Below are positions 1-12,734 of a DNA stretch of 64,000 nucleotides, piece by piece. The position numbers were made by a program, and so were the translations under genes. The notes under the pieces were generated by a model. That model did no database searches, was not told the DNA's origin, and worked only from the letters and a program-made list of their open reading frames with translations. Position 1 is the stretch's first letter, and each line of letters opens with the position of its first letter. Location: positions 17,105,320-17,169,319 of the forward strand of contig NC_068997.1 of NCBI RefSeq assembly GCF_001194135.2. The letters are read 5' to 3'. Origin of the DNA: Octopus bimaculoides. Its lineage: Eukaryota.

Positions 1-161
1 TTTGTTCTCCGTGTTTTTCTCCTTGTCTCCGTATTCTTTCTGTTGAAGAGCGTAGCTCGAAACGTCAAAGACTTTCCGTATTCCCGAGCGTCATACTAAT
101 ATATACTTTTGTTATTTACACCACCTGTCCTCGTCTGTTGTTATTATTTGTATATTCTCCC
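1..161 (+). mobile_element. Penelope-like element (PLE) terminal fragment ending at an (AT)n tract
   Basis: Homologous to 34905-35045 and 62560-62697. This copy and the 34.9-kb copy both end at TTCTCCC|ATATAT. Carries a CTGnnGA...CGAAACGTC minimal hammerhead motif, which is typical of PLE terminal repeats. Confidence 0.7.
35..71 (+). ncRNA. Minimal type I hammerhead ribozyme motif (A6U variant)
   Basis: TCTTT-CTGTTGA-A-GAGC(GTA)GCTC-GAAA-C-GTC-AAAGA. Perfect 5-bp stem I, 4-bp stem II, palindromic ACGT stem III and GUC cleavage triplet (after 66). Confidence 0.65.
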
Positions 162-199
162 ATATATATATATATATATACACACATAAATGTATGCAT

Positions 200-233
<34 letters not shown>

Positions 234-245
234 GCACACATACAG

Positions 246-940
246 CCTGCGTATATAGGACCCAAAGGCACTACAATCCCAGAGTCACGAGCAGTGAAAG
301 CCTTGGGGATCAGTATGTGCAATGATGCTTCATTTTATATGCACATTACCAAGATAGCAGCAAAGTGCAGACAACTGGCAGGATGGATACTGAAACCCTT
401 CAAGACAAGAGACTAAGAAAGTATGGAGAACATTTGGAGAACCTATGTTCTCAGCCGCCTAGAATACTGCTCTCGATTTTGATCATCACACGGCCAAAGT
501 AAGAGCGGAATTTCAAACAGTCCTGCGCCACTCCACAAAAAAGACTGATACGGTGCAGCGCATGAGTTACAGGGATGGGCTGAGAAAACTGCAACTTTAC
601 TCCCTGGAGCGAAGGCTGAGAGATATGCAATAATCTACATGTGGAAAACTCTAGAAGGGCTAGTACCTAATTTCAGCATTGGTTGGCAGCCATTGTATTT
701 TACCACTGGTACCATCCACTCTATCTAAATTCAGTACCAGGTACTGCAATAGTCTAAGGTTCAAAAGCCCACAGCTCTTCAATTCTCTCCCCCCAAAATT
801 AAGAAATCTGCATAAGGTGGAAGTTTATGTCTTCAAAAAGGAACTAGACATCCTCGTCTCCACAATACTGGATGAGCCAACAGGCCCACAAGAGGTGCAG
901 GTGAGGGCAGCGGATTCAAACTCCTTTATACATCAAATGG
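246..940 (+). mobile_element. CR1-type LINE ORF2 3' fragment (RT C-terminal region), decayed
   Basis: Frameshifted translation: VKALGISM..F..HI..IAAKCRQLAGWILKPFKTRD, RTYVLSRLEYCS, LQLYSLERR, QLFNSLPPKLRNL..FKKELD..PT..RAADSNSFIHQM. These match the CR1-clade C-terminal pattern; stops and frameshifts are present. Confidence 0.85.
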
Positions 941-1240
941 ATAAGATATCTTTAAAACCAACCGAGTTTATTGTCATTCCAAGCTGCTGCAAAACAACTT
1001 AATGAAAGCAAGTTCAAAACGTACTTGCGTACATACAGACTTGTGCGTATAGGACATTATACTATGTACGCATGCACAGACGTCTTTGTGTGTAGGTATA
1101 TATATATATATATAGATTCCGAAAGGATGAAAGGCATGTCTGTATGTACGCAAGTACGTTTTGAACTTGGCTTCATTAAGTTCTTTTGCAGCGGCTTGGA
1201 ATGACAATAAACTCGATGGGTTTTAAAGATATCTTATCCA
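938..1240. mobile_element. MITE-like foldback element with ~103-bp terminal inverted repeats
   Basis: 938-1040 is the near-perfect reverse complement of 1138-1240, which is why the ORFs 971..1204(+) and 974..1207(-) mirror each other. No clear TSD. Confidence 0.8.
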
Positions 1241-1399
1241 CTTAGCTCTGCATCTCAGCAGAATATTCGTAAGATTAGACACCAAAGAATAGTCATTCAG
1301 ATTTGTCACTACTAAGCTAGAAATAGACATAAACTACCCTAAAGCAGTCCTTGCTTCTTTGAATAAACAGAAAGAGAGAGAGAAAGAAAGAGAGAGAGT

Positions 1400-1430
<31 letters not shown>

Positions 1431-1682
1431 GGAGAGAGAGAGAGAGAGGAGAGGAGAGAGAGAGGAGAGAGAGAGGAGAGAGAGAGAGNNNNNNNNNNNN
1501 NNNNNNNNNNNNNNNNNNNNNNNNNNNNNNNNNNNNNNNNNNNNNNNNNNNNNNNNNNNNNNNNNNNNNNNNNNNNNNNNNNNNNNNNNNNNNNNNNNNN
1601 NNNNNNNNNNNNNNNNNNNNNNNNNNNNNNNNNNNNNNNNNNNNNNNNNNNNNNNNNNNNNNNNNNNNNNNNNNNNNNNNNN

Positions 1683-1716
<34 letters not shown>

Positions 1717-2324
1717 CGAAAATGTAGTCCCGGATATACTATGTTCAAATATAAAATGATGATTATAGATGGTATGTTTTTTGATCAAAAGTCTGTACAA
1801 TTAGTGCAAACATGGTGCTAAACAATGCCAGGCATCAACAAAATGCATCAGCTCGTAATTATACGAAACATTGAGATAACTTTCTCCTGGTCAGTGTACC
1901 TGCTGGTAATTGTAATCGAATTATCTTCAAACCACACTTTATCACATTAAAAACGGAGGGATACACGGAATAATGTTGTGCGTGGTACATAATGGCTGAA
2001 AAAAAGACACGATGTTCAGCGTGGAATACCTTTGATCGTAGTTACGGTCGAGGAAAGATGGCTGACAAGGAGCTAATCAGTAACAAATGCTATTTATGAA
2101 TACTAAAGAGATAAAGATAAAAATAGACTTCGTTTCACAAACCAGCGTGAAGTCAATGCTTCGCTGAGCAGGGTTAATAAGACCGAAGCATGTCTGAAGT
2201 TGTCTTCTGTATTTGCTGGTGTTAGTCAATGAGTTAATGCTGTCCTTCCCTTGCGAAATAATTATTTCTAATTAGATTTGTAGTCAACGCGGTATTAAAA
2301 TACTTACAGAAATATATACACGCA

Positions 2325-2366
<42 letters not shown>

Positions 2367-2473
2367 TGAGAGAACTGTAAAAGAATATACACAAATACAC
2401 ACACACACGCACAGATACTCATACATACACAACACATATGTATATATACATTTATATATACATGCATCAACCC

Positions 2474-2697
2474 TTTATACTTTATTTTTTACTTGATTCA
2501 GTCGTTGGACTGAGGCCACACTGGAGCATATTTTCTTGGGTTTTTGCTTATTTTTCATGCGTGGTACTCATTCTACGTGTCTTTACCCAAACTGTTAAGA
2601 TATGGAGACAAACAAAACAACACCTTTTAGCAAGCGGTGGAAAGGTAGAAACACAAATAGAAAGACAAACATGTAGATACATACATTCATACATACA

Positions 2698-2754
<57 letters not shown>

Positions 2755-2946
2755 CATACACATACACACACTATATATATATGTATATACCACAAGCTTC
2801 TTTAAGACTCCATATGCCAAATACACTTACAAGGTTTTGGTCGTCTCGTGGCTATACTGGAGGGCACTCACCCAAAGTGCTACACAGAAGAATTGAACCC
2901 GAAACCACAGGGTGAGGAAGCAAGCTTCTTTCCCCACCCCTACGCC
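2474..2946 (-). mobile_element. SINE family A, near full-length, degenerate (head 2790-2946, microsatellite, tail 2474-2660)
   Basis: Reverse-complement homology to the heads at 5835 and 57789 and to the tails at 8194 and 30246. Confidence 0.7.
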
Positions 2947-3005
2947 TTATAAAAAAAAACATTTTGTTGATAGATCACTCCAAATTTCAAGCTCAGTATG
3001 ATATA

Positions 3006-3034
3006 CGGGGTGGCCCAAAAGTAGGTTTACAGTT
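3006..3034 (+). mobile_element. Orphan Tc1/mariner-type terminal inverted repeat
   Basis: TA|CGGGGTGGCCCAAAAGTAGGTTTACAGTT resembles TA|CAGGGTG-type TIRs such as the one at 19035. No partner TIR found. Confidence 0.4.
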
Positions 3035-3204
3035 ATCACGTAGGTAACTTAAATTTCTTTTAAAACATTTATTACATTTAAATTTCTATCTTACAAACTG
3101 AAAAGGGACCCTGACAAAATTAACTAAAATAACATAGAATAATGGTTTCATATTCTGTTGTGTCTGGGGAGAGTAATTTTCTTTTTGTGCCCCCACACAT
3201 AAAT

Positions 3205-3243
<39 letters not shown>

Positions 3244-3253
3244 NNNNNNNNNN

Positions 3254-3298
<45 letters not shown>

Positions 3299-3449
3299 TA
3301 TAGTTACATAGCATTACGTATATACTTTATTTAATATACATACATGCATAGGTTAGCACGCATACCCCCAACAGATACACACACGGAAACACACACACAC
3401 GCACATATACATATATGCATTCATGTATGTATACGCAGACGTACGTGGT

Positions 3450-3684
3450 GACGCATGACTTAGCAGTTGCCATGTTGCAGTCATGATCCTAAATTTGGGG
3501 TTTCGATTCCTGCACCGGGAGATATGTTGTTTGTGAGGAAACTTCATCTCAAATTACTTCAGTCCTTTCGACTGGCAAAAAATAGCAATCTCGTGATGGA
3601 CCAGTACTCCGTCCAGGGAAGAAATATATACGCTCCTGGATCTTGGAAACCAGCCTAATGAGAATATGGCTCAGGATTTGACGC
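3450..3684 (+). mobile_element. tRNA-derived SINE with CORE-like and V-domain-like segments
   Basis: A-box-like TGACTTAGCAGTT, B-box-like GGTTTCGATTCC, a CORE-like stretch, then GTGATGGACCAGTACTCCGTCCAGGG resembling the V-SINE central motif. Family assignment is from memory. Confidence 0.55.
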
Positions 3685-3699
3685 TTTTCATTCGATAAA

Positions 3700-3746
<47 letters not shown>

Positions 3747-3751
3747 CTGTA

Positions 3752-3969
3752 CGATGGGAATGCTGAAAAGTCCCTGGTTTTGGATAAAAGAAAATACAGG
3801 GGTATCTGATAATTATGATGTTATTCAGCATATTCCCCTCTCAGATTCACACACCTATTGAAGTAGTCCTTCCGTTTATCTAAGCCTTGTAGAAAAACTC
3901 GGAAGTTTGGGCCTCCAACCGGGCCTTCCGCATTATCCTTAAAGCCAGGAGCTTTTCAGTACCCCCTCG
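3752..3969 (-). mobile_element. Mariner-derived MITE with TA target-site duplication
   Basis: ~30-bp imperfect TIRs (CGATGGGAATGCTGAAAAGTCCCTGG / CCAGGAGCTTTTCAGTACCCCCTCG) flanked by TA. The minus strand encodes a mariner C-terminus, QGLDKRKDYFNRCVNLRGEYAE*. Confidence 0.85.
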
Positions 3970-5038
3970 TACTCTATGTTTTTGTGTATAGATATATTTA
4001 AGTATATTTCTGAAAATCTATGTAAATTATTTATCTTTTACAGCATTCCATGCGCGACCTAAAATAGACGCACAAATGCACGCCCACATATATTAACACA
4101 TAGATGTGTGCACACGGACAACAACATTGAGACAATGCACAAACTCACCTATTAAGTGTAGTGTTGCAATTTAACCCTTACTCAATCGCATAAACGTATA
4201 TCCGATGAGCTGTTCACCCGAATTTGTCATAGTTGGTACCCAGTCATGCATCAACAGAAGAAAAACAATATACATGTGTGTATGTGTGTATGAGTACGTG
4301 TGCATGTGTGTGGTGTGTGAGTGTTTGCTTGTTCATATCTATATTTATAATTGTAGTGGCTTTGTCTTTGTGCTCAACATGCTGCAGTAATACGGATTGG
4401 GCGTTTGCGTGCAAGTTAGGATTGGTTGTGTGGCCAGGAGTGCCTGTGTGTCTATAGAGATTTGTTGTTCAGAAACAATGCTGAAAAAATGTTTATTATA
4501 TTGTCACTGTAAACACTCACACGCACACGCACACGCACGCACACACACGCACACACAACCACACAGACACACAATCAAAATCTCTCTTTATTCCTCTCCC
4601 TTTGTATATATATANNNNNNNNNNNNNNNNNNNNNNNNNNNNNNNNNNNNNNNNNNNNNNNNNNNNNNNNNNNNNNNNNNNNNNNNNNNNNNNNNNNNNN
4701 NNNNNNNNNNNNNNNNNNNNNNNNNNNNNNNNNNNNNNNNNNNNNNNNNNNNNNNNNNNNNNNNNNNNNNNNNNNNNNNNNNNNNNNNNNNNNNNNNNNN
4801 NNNNNNNNNNNNNNNNNNNNNNNNNNNNNNNNNNNNNNNNNNNNNNNNNNNNNNNNNNNNNNNNNNNNNNNNNNNNNNNNNNNNNNNNNNNNNNNNNNNN
4901 NNNNNNNNNNNNNNNNNNNNNNNNNNNNNNNNNNNNNNNNNNNNNNNNNNNNNNNNNNNNNNNNNNNNNNNNNNNNNNNNNNNNNNNNNNNNNNNNNNNN
5001 NNNNNNNNNNNNNNNNNNNNNNNNNNNNNNNNNNNNNN

Positions 5039-5115
<77 letters not shown>

Positions 5116-5649
5116 CACATACGCACACACATACATATATTCAAACATACATATAGATATATAGACATGCATATTTACATACATACATACATGCAGATAT
5201 ACATGCGAATATGCATTTACATAATTACAGGCCGCTAAACCTGGTCTATTTTCGGAGAAATTTTGTTTTCGACAACACTTCATTTTATAACAATACCCAA
5301 ACAGGAAATGCTTTGCAACTAGTTTATCGGAAAGTATTTTTCTGTTATCCGTTTTAAGCTATCTGGGGAATAAAGATTTTCGCGAATGACTCATCCTCAC
5401 AATCTAAACGAAAACGCCCCTCTCGTCTTGAACTATTTCCTCTCAACACACAAATACACCTAAGTTGTTTAATGCATAAAATAATATGATGATCTATTCT
5501 TGCCTTGACATTGAAAATGCATGTATATATATATATCCAAATTGAAAGTATTAATAGTGAAACATATTAAAACTGAAAGTATTATCTCACATTACAGTAG
5601 AGATGTCAATTGTTTCACTTTTGACACATAATACTGAAATAGTGTAAGA

Positions 5650-5830
5650 GATAAGAGATTGGTCCGGGCTCGCACTATGCAAAAAGTTGCAAAGTCTTTT
5701 GCCCATGATATTGCATGGATTCTAAGTAAGGTATGTGTAAAATTTGAATGAAATCGGTTGGGTAGTTATTGAGTTTTAAAGATGCACACAGACAGACATA
5801 CACAGATTCTCAGTTTTATATAAATAAATA
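5650..5830 (+). mobile_element. Possible Helitron/Helentron-like non-autonomous element 3' portion
   Basis: GTAAAATTTGAATGAAATCGGTTGGGTAG...ACAGACAGACA...CAGTTTTATATA resembles DINE-1/HINE-like ends. Single copy here; recognised by resemblance only. Confidence 0.3.
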
Positions 5831-5834
5831 TACA

Positions 5835-6158
5835 GGAGTGGCTGTGTGGTAAGAAGCTCGCTCGCCAACTACATGGTTCTGGGTTAGGTCCACCACGTGG
5901 CACTGTGGACAATTGTCCTCTAGTATAGCCTCTGGTCGACCAAAGCATTGTGAATGAATTTGGTAGACGGAAACTGAAAGAAGCTCGTCGAATATGTATA
6001 TACGTGTGTGTGTGTGTGTGTGTGTTTGTTTGTCCGTGTCGATTTTGCCAGTCATCCTCTCGTGGGTTGCTGACATAACTACCAGTTGAGCACTGAGGGT
6101 GATGTAATCGACTATCCCCCAAATTTCAGGCATTGCTCCTTTAGTAGAAAGAAATATT
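5835..6158 (+). mobile_element. SINE family A head joined via (GT)n to a family B body and tail
   Basis: 5835-5990 matches 57789-57948 (tRNA-like head plus CORE-like segment). From ~6037 the sequence matches the family B body GTCGAtTTTGCC..TCATCCT..ACCAGTTGAGCACTG..ATCGACT. Confidence 0.8.
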
Positions 6159-6469
6159 ATATATTTGTTGTGATTATTTTTACTGTTGATATTTGAAATA
6201 ACAATTACTTCTATATTCAGAACGTACAGCAAGTTTTGCGTATGAACTGTAATAATGTCTGTTTTTAACTGTAATTATTGGAATTCCTATAATTTTAATC
6301 GTAACCTTCATCAATACAGAGGTCTATACTTGAATAATAATTCTGTCAATTGTTCCCTGTCTATAGTTAACGTGCTAGTTCTTTCAAATTAGCGTCCACT
6401 GGGTGAAGAAAAAGGAAGAATGAAACAGCGACTGGTAGCGTCAATGATCTTGGTTGTAGGTGGTGGCTA

Positions 6470-6525
6470 TGGTGGTGGCGGTGGTGGTGTTAGTGGTAGT
6501 GGTGGTGGTGGTGGCGGCGGCGGTG
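6470..6525 (+). repeat. (GGT/GGC)n microsatellite
   Basis: Directly visible; explains the poly-Gly and poly-Pro ORFs. Confidence 0.9.
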
Positions 6526-7022
6526 AAGAAGTAGATGCCTTGAGATCGAAAGATGAAAAATTTCGCATTAGTGGGATTCTTCTCATTTGTGCTTGCAAAG
6601 ACACTGCAGAAAGATGAAAGGAAAGGTTGAAACAAATTTCATACGGAGACGAAATACGAATTGCATGATTCTTGCTTGTAGCAAATTGCAATATGAACCC
6701 CAACATGGAATCAAGTAACTGCGTCGACATCACAGAAATTGTTGTATCCTAATACCGGAAATGCGATTCGGCGAGCTTTTACTGATATTCCGAAATGCAG
6801 TTTGTGACGTAGTATTACAGATTGTAAGTAAATATAAACAGACGTGCAAATAGCCGCATATGTAAGCCTTTGCAATTAATAGTAGTGGATGGAAGAAACT
6901 AGGACTCAGACTCCATAGTAGTTTACATGATCAGAATAGGTAATCGTATGTACGTATCTATAAATCACTCCACTTCTCCCCCTATCTCCCTTTCTCTCTC
7001 ACTCATTCACTCTGTCTCTCTG

Positions 7023-7100
<78 letters not shown>

Positions 7101-7224
7101 NNNNNNNNNNNNNNNNNNNNNNNNNNNNNNNNNNNNNNNNNNNNNNNNNNNNNNNNNNNNNNNNNNNNNNNNNNNNNNNNNNNNNNNNNNNNNNNNNNNN
7201 NNNNNNNNNNNNNNNNNNNNNNNN

Positions 7225-7283
<59 letters not shown>

Positions 7284-7706
7284 CTATGTGTGGGTGGGTG
7301 TCTCATTATGTATATATATGTACTTACTTATATGTATAATATGTGTATGCACACAACACACACACATTCGCACACAAACATACACACACATATACATACT
7401 TACAGAAACACACGTTCATACACATATTAGGCTGGTGTTATTTGCCCTTACATCGAATCTTACAAATGTTCTGTTGATCAGACTGGCATGGTTATTGAAT
7501 AATATTACTATCTGATTAATTGAACATTCAACTACTGAAGGATTCGTCATGTCGAATTAAGACAGTTATAGACTAGGTTTTGTATCGAGTAAAAGCGTGT
7601 ATATGTAAACACGTATGTATGTTCTTTATAAATATATATAGTTGTGTGTGTGCGTATATATATATATATATATATATATAAATATATATATATACATACA
7701 TGTGTG

Positions 7707-7738
<32 letters not shown>

Positions 7739-8193
7739 GCTTTTGGGTGCACCTCAATTCCGACAAAACTTGCCTTGTGCCTCCCCACGTAGGCATTCAT
7801 CACCCACATCTCTGGCTTCATCCGTATTGTGGCCAACAAGCCAGCCACCCCACCCTTCGAACTAACTCCGGTGCCTACACGTTACTCTTATGTTTCTGCC
7901 ATGTTTCTCTCCCCTACAGGATTACCTCCAACACTTGCGTTTGCCTCACGTGTTGAATTGCAACATATCAATTTGAGCTTTAATGGCTTAAATCTAATAG
8001 TTCTCGTATAGGAAGGGGACCTGTGATTGATTTGGGCTTCGCATTTTAGTCTAGACCCTCTGAAAGTTTGAAAAAACAACTCTGACACGTCTTCTCATAT
8101 GCTCCCAAAAATGTTAAAAAATTTTAGAGTCTTGACAGTCGGCAAAAAAGTAGAGATGTAACGTGATCGAGGCGCAATTGAAAATTAAATCTT

Positions 8194-8398
8194 CTTTTCG
8201 TTTATTCTTTTACTGGTCTCAGTCATTTGACTGCGGCCATTTTTAAGCACTGCCTTTAGTCGAACAAATCGAACCCAGGGTTTATTTTTTGTAAGCTTAG
8301 TACTTATTCTATCGGTTTCTTTTGCCGACCAATAAGTTACGGGGACGTAAACACACCAACATTGGTTGTCAAGCGATGGCTGGGGGACAAACACAGAC
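8194..8398 (-). mobile_element. SINE family A 3' half
   Basis: High similarity to 30246-30460; reverse complement of ...GGCCGCAGTCAAATGACTGA..CAGTAAAAGA. Confidence 0.8.
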
Positions 8399-10853
8399 GC
8401 AGTTATTCAGACTTTAACCCCATATCGTAAACTAAAATTTCACATGAACGCCTATGTTGCATAAACAGAAAATGTGGATCGAAAGTGTCATTAAGTTTAA
8501 ATGGATAAATTGCAAATTACAACCTTTTCCACAAAAATCCACGTAAGATGATGTGTGTACTAATTTTCCGAAAGGTGTATTTAATGCACTGAGGCATCAT
8601 AAAGAATGGTTACAGAACTCATAGTAACAACTCGTTTATTTTAAGTAAACAACTATGACGAATCCACAACGACCATTTCCTTCTTCGTCAGCTACGTTGG
8701 AAATTAACAAAGCGCTGGCTCCTGAAGTTTGCAAAGACCCCCCCCCCCACACACACACACACATACATACACAATAAATAAACCTATCAAATTTAAAAGG
8801 ACATTATTCATAAAACTACTTGGTAGCAACTTTTCGGGTAACTGAAAAGCAAGTAGGGTTTTAGTACTAAAAGTTTCTTAACAGAAATACAAAATGCGTC
8901 AAGGACGCTTTCCAGATATGTTCAAAACTATTGTGATTAGAAATGATTTGAACGCCATTTGGCCACTTCTGTTCCTCGGTCTATATGTTAGTCTGTGGGA
9001 CAAAGGAGTGGGAACAACTACATGATCATTCGATATTCTAGAAAGGAAAGACGGATTTCCTTCTAACCTCCGCTTATCATCTTAAGATAAAATGACAGAC
9101 TAGTTTATATAGTGATAATATATCACCAGAATTCATTGAAGAATATAAAGTTTTATTTCATATATTATATTGCTGCATATACAGATAAGTTAGGTCTGAA
9201 AACAAAATTTGGTTTCCACCACAAGTATCAAGTGTAATCGTTTTTCTCTCGATGGTAACTTATCAAATGTTATGTAGCTGAACCATTCAAAACACCAACA
9301 CAAAACGGAGCATGGACACAGCCGTTCGACCTCCTAGGAATATCAGCTACTCCTCCCACATGTTCCTCCATGCAGTTCAACAATAGAAAATGAGAATAAT
9401 CACTGTTGGAATGACTTGGGATTACAGATCAGATATATCCGTTATAACCTTGGGCTAAACAAAGAGAACAGCACTAGTTTATGAAGTATTACATCAATGA
9501 ACATCCTAATACAGGAAAATCTCTGATGTGACATCGATTCCCAAAATTAAATTACTCATGTTTTTAACACTGAGTCAAACAAAAATGTATTGACGCTTTG
9601 CATGGCTCTTGAGATTGAGTAAGAAACCATTATTCGGTCGTTAGTGTCATTTGAGTTAAATTCACAATATGTTGAGTACACGTCCTTATACTGAGTCCGT
9701 GATCGGAAAACTTGTAACAGGGTGGACTCCACTAAAGAGATACAAGGGCCTGGTGGCGGTCAAGGAAAGGCCTTACATCTATAAACAGAAAGTTTCTATC
9801 TCTCGGATAGTCTTCTGTATAAAGTCTTTCTACCAAATTTCAAGTGGCAGAAGAACTTTTTAATCGTGCCACGTATTTGAGTCTATCACGTAATTCTCTG
9901 GATATGAGGCGAACTTCAATTTCTAAAACGTACAACACTGTTTGTATAAGATCATGTTATATCGGCAAAGACAATTAACGACCGACCTAGTAATTCATTT
10001 ACAACTGTCTGTCTAATTAAGACATAAGTAAGCTTTTATATAAATATATATTGCTCCGATCATAAAGTATTTCTTTGCAGAATTTGTAACTAATAAAAAA
10101 TTTTTTAATGTTCTGATGCCAAGCAAACATGAGCAAGTTTGCAGTTGTTGAGCAGAATATGCCTGGCAGAAATACAGTTATTCGAAACAGAAATACTTTT
10201 GGGATTCTTTCATTGTCGGGGATTAAAGATTTCGTATCCACCAGGCGCCTTCAAACGATGCTTGACTAATTAAGGATAAACTTCAGCTTCATTTCGCTAA
10301 TGGGGAAAGGCAATATTCTCATATTCATTAAGAATTACGTTCTAATCGCACATGATTGCATGAATATGTTAAAACTACTGCCTCTGAACTTCATAAGAAA
10401 AGCGCTAAGCTAAAGCATATAATCGCGTACTACCTACCAAAGTTTCTCCAAGTTCATACGTTTCAAAGTAAGAAAGTGTGCGAACGTGTACCAGTGTCTG
10501 TTTGCATCTCTGTATATTTATATAAGGCAAAGATAATTATAGACAAACACGCACACACGCATAAATACATGCATAGAAACATACGTACGCATATAATTAC
10601 CCTGCATTACTTCGAGTGAGAAAGCTTTATTAATAAAGTACACAATACCTCAGGGTATAGAGTGTTACATTCCTTTATCACTTAGTTTATGGAATATATT
10701 CCATTACAGTTCACTTGAATGGAACCTAGCCTAGTCAGCTATATGGTACACACGCGTGCATAAATAGTACATACTTGTAGACATGCATACGTATTTGTAT
10801 ACATATATATATATTATGTATGTATGTATGTATTTATATATCATATATTTTTT

Positions 10854-10962
10854 TTCTACTCTAGACACAAGGCCCGAAATTTTGGGGGAGGGGTAGTCGA
10901 TTAGATCGACCCCAGTACGACACTGGTACTTAATTTATCGACCCTGAAAGAAAGAAAGGCAA
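10854..10962 (-). mobile_element. SINE family B 3' half (type-2 tail)
   Basis: Matches the body of 45007-45237; ends in CCCCAAAATTTCGGGCCTTGTGTCTAGAGTAGAAA. Confidence 0.8.
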
Positions 10963-10967
10963 TGCTC

Positions 10968-10998
<31 letters not shown>

Positions 10999-11592
10999 NN
11001 NNNNNNNNNNNNNNNNNNNNNNNNNNNNNNNNNNNNNNNNNNNNNNNNNNNNNNNNNNNNNNNNNNNNNNNNNNNNNNNNNNNNNNNNNNNNNNNNNNNN
11101 NNNNNNNNNNNNNNNNNNNNNNNNNNNNNNNNNNNNNNNNNNNNNNNNNNNNNNNNNNNNNNNNNNNNNNNNNNNNNNNNNNNNNNNNNNNNNNNNNNNN
11201 NNNNNNNNNNNNNNNNNNNNNNNNNNNNNNNNNNNNNNNNNNNNNNNNNNNNNNNNNNNNNNNNNNNNNNNNNNNNNNNNNNNNNNNNNNNNNNNNNNNN
11301 NNNNNNNNNNNNNNNNNNNNNNNNNNNNNNNNNNNNNNNNNNNNNNNNNNNNNNNNNNNNNNNNNNNNNNNNNNNNNNNNNNNNNNNNNNNNNNNNNNNN
11401 NNNNNNNNNGAGAGAGAGAGAGAGAGAGAGTGAGAGAGAGAGATTATTATAAGTTATATATATATATATAGATTATTATAAGTTACGATACCGCTAATCA
11501 GCTGACTTGTTGACTTTTGACATTCAAGATTGAATGAGAAGGCGTTAATACCACTTTGAACACATCCTACTTGCAACTTTCTACTTTGCAGA

Positions 11593-12121
11593 ATGTAGTC
11601 GGGACGTGAAGATAATCTGGAAGTTCGGTATATTATAAAGTTTCTTAATAAACTTGGATAAAGCGTTACAGCAACTTAAGAAATTTTCGAAACTCAACGT
11701 GGATTAACTTCGCCTGGCATAATTGGTCAAGCATAGCACGTCCACCGGGAAGAATTTTTAGGTGCAAGGAGATCATCTACATCCATTGGGTACCCTCCGG
11801 CCAGATGGTCAACAAGAAGTACTTTCTGGAGGATTTCCGAGGATCAAGAAGAAATTTCGTCGCAAAAAGCCAGTGCAACTCCACCAGAACAATATACCAA
11901 CACACACAGTTCCATCAAAGCTGCACCGCACACTCTGTACATTCCATACATTGACCTCTGTGGCCTTTCGTTGATTCCCGAGTCAAAGAAGAAAATGGAA
12001 GAAGCTGACAAGTTTTCTGGGCACCCTCACTTTGAAGGTCTTCCATGGCGCCTTCATAAAATGGATAGAAAGATACAACACATACAGTGAAGTCAAAGGA
12101 TCTTACATTGAAGGAGATTAG
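11593..12121 (+). mobile_element. Internally deleted, decayed mariner transposase
   Basis: N-terminus RYIIKFLNKLG*SVTAT, catalytic region CKEIIYIHWVPSGQMVNKKYFLE..RRKKP..LHQNNIPTH, a degenerate YSPDL region, and C-terminus AFIKWIERYN..KGSYIEGD*. Confidence 0.85.
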
Positions 12122-12611
12122 AGTTTTGTACTTCTTTGAAATTATTAAACGTCTCTTTTGAAAGAATGCATATTGTAAAATATACAGTAACTCTATATTA
12201 ATTATATTTGGTGTTTGTTACTTTGACATAAGTATTTTGTTAGAAACCTTTATATATATTTAAACATAGACACACACAGCCACAACATAGATAGATAAAT
12301 AGATGGAGAGAGAAGAGTAAAGTGAGAGAGAAAGTGAGTGAAAGGGTAGGCTTAGCACTCCACTACACTGTATTAATATTGATAATGCACTCGTTAAAGG
12401 ACTAATCGCGCTTACTCCTTCCTTTTCTGCTTTGGCCCTTTCTTATCTCCTTCCTTCCTTCCTTCCTTCCTTCCTTCCTTTATTTCTTTCTTTCTTCACT
12501 ACTTTCTGTTTCTATCGCTGTTTCATCTCATATTCTCTCACTTACCGTAGGAGTTGGTTTCGAAGCCAATAAACCAAGGATTAGGTTTACGGCGCTAAGC
12601 GTAAAGTATTA

Positions 12612-12734
<123 letters not shown>

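Noticed and set aside
7740-7890. GC-richer stretch reading VHLNSDKT, like an RT thumb motif
   Set aside because: Too short to assign to a LINE.
7920-8011. Strong acceptor followed by an LRR-like peptide (ELQHINLSFNGL)
   Set aside because: Single short motif, in-frame stop, only a weak donor, and no neighbouring LRR exons.
9700-9925. Minus-strand peptide FLFIDVRP (rhodanese-like)
   Set aside because: Flanked by in-frame stops; splice sites are unconvincing.
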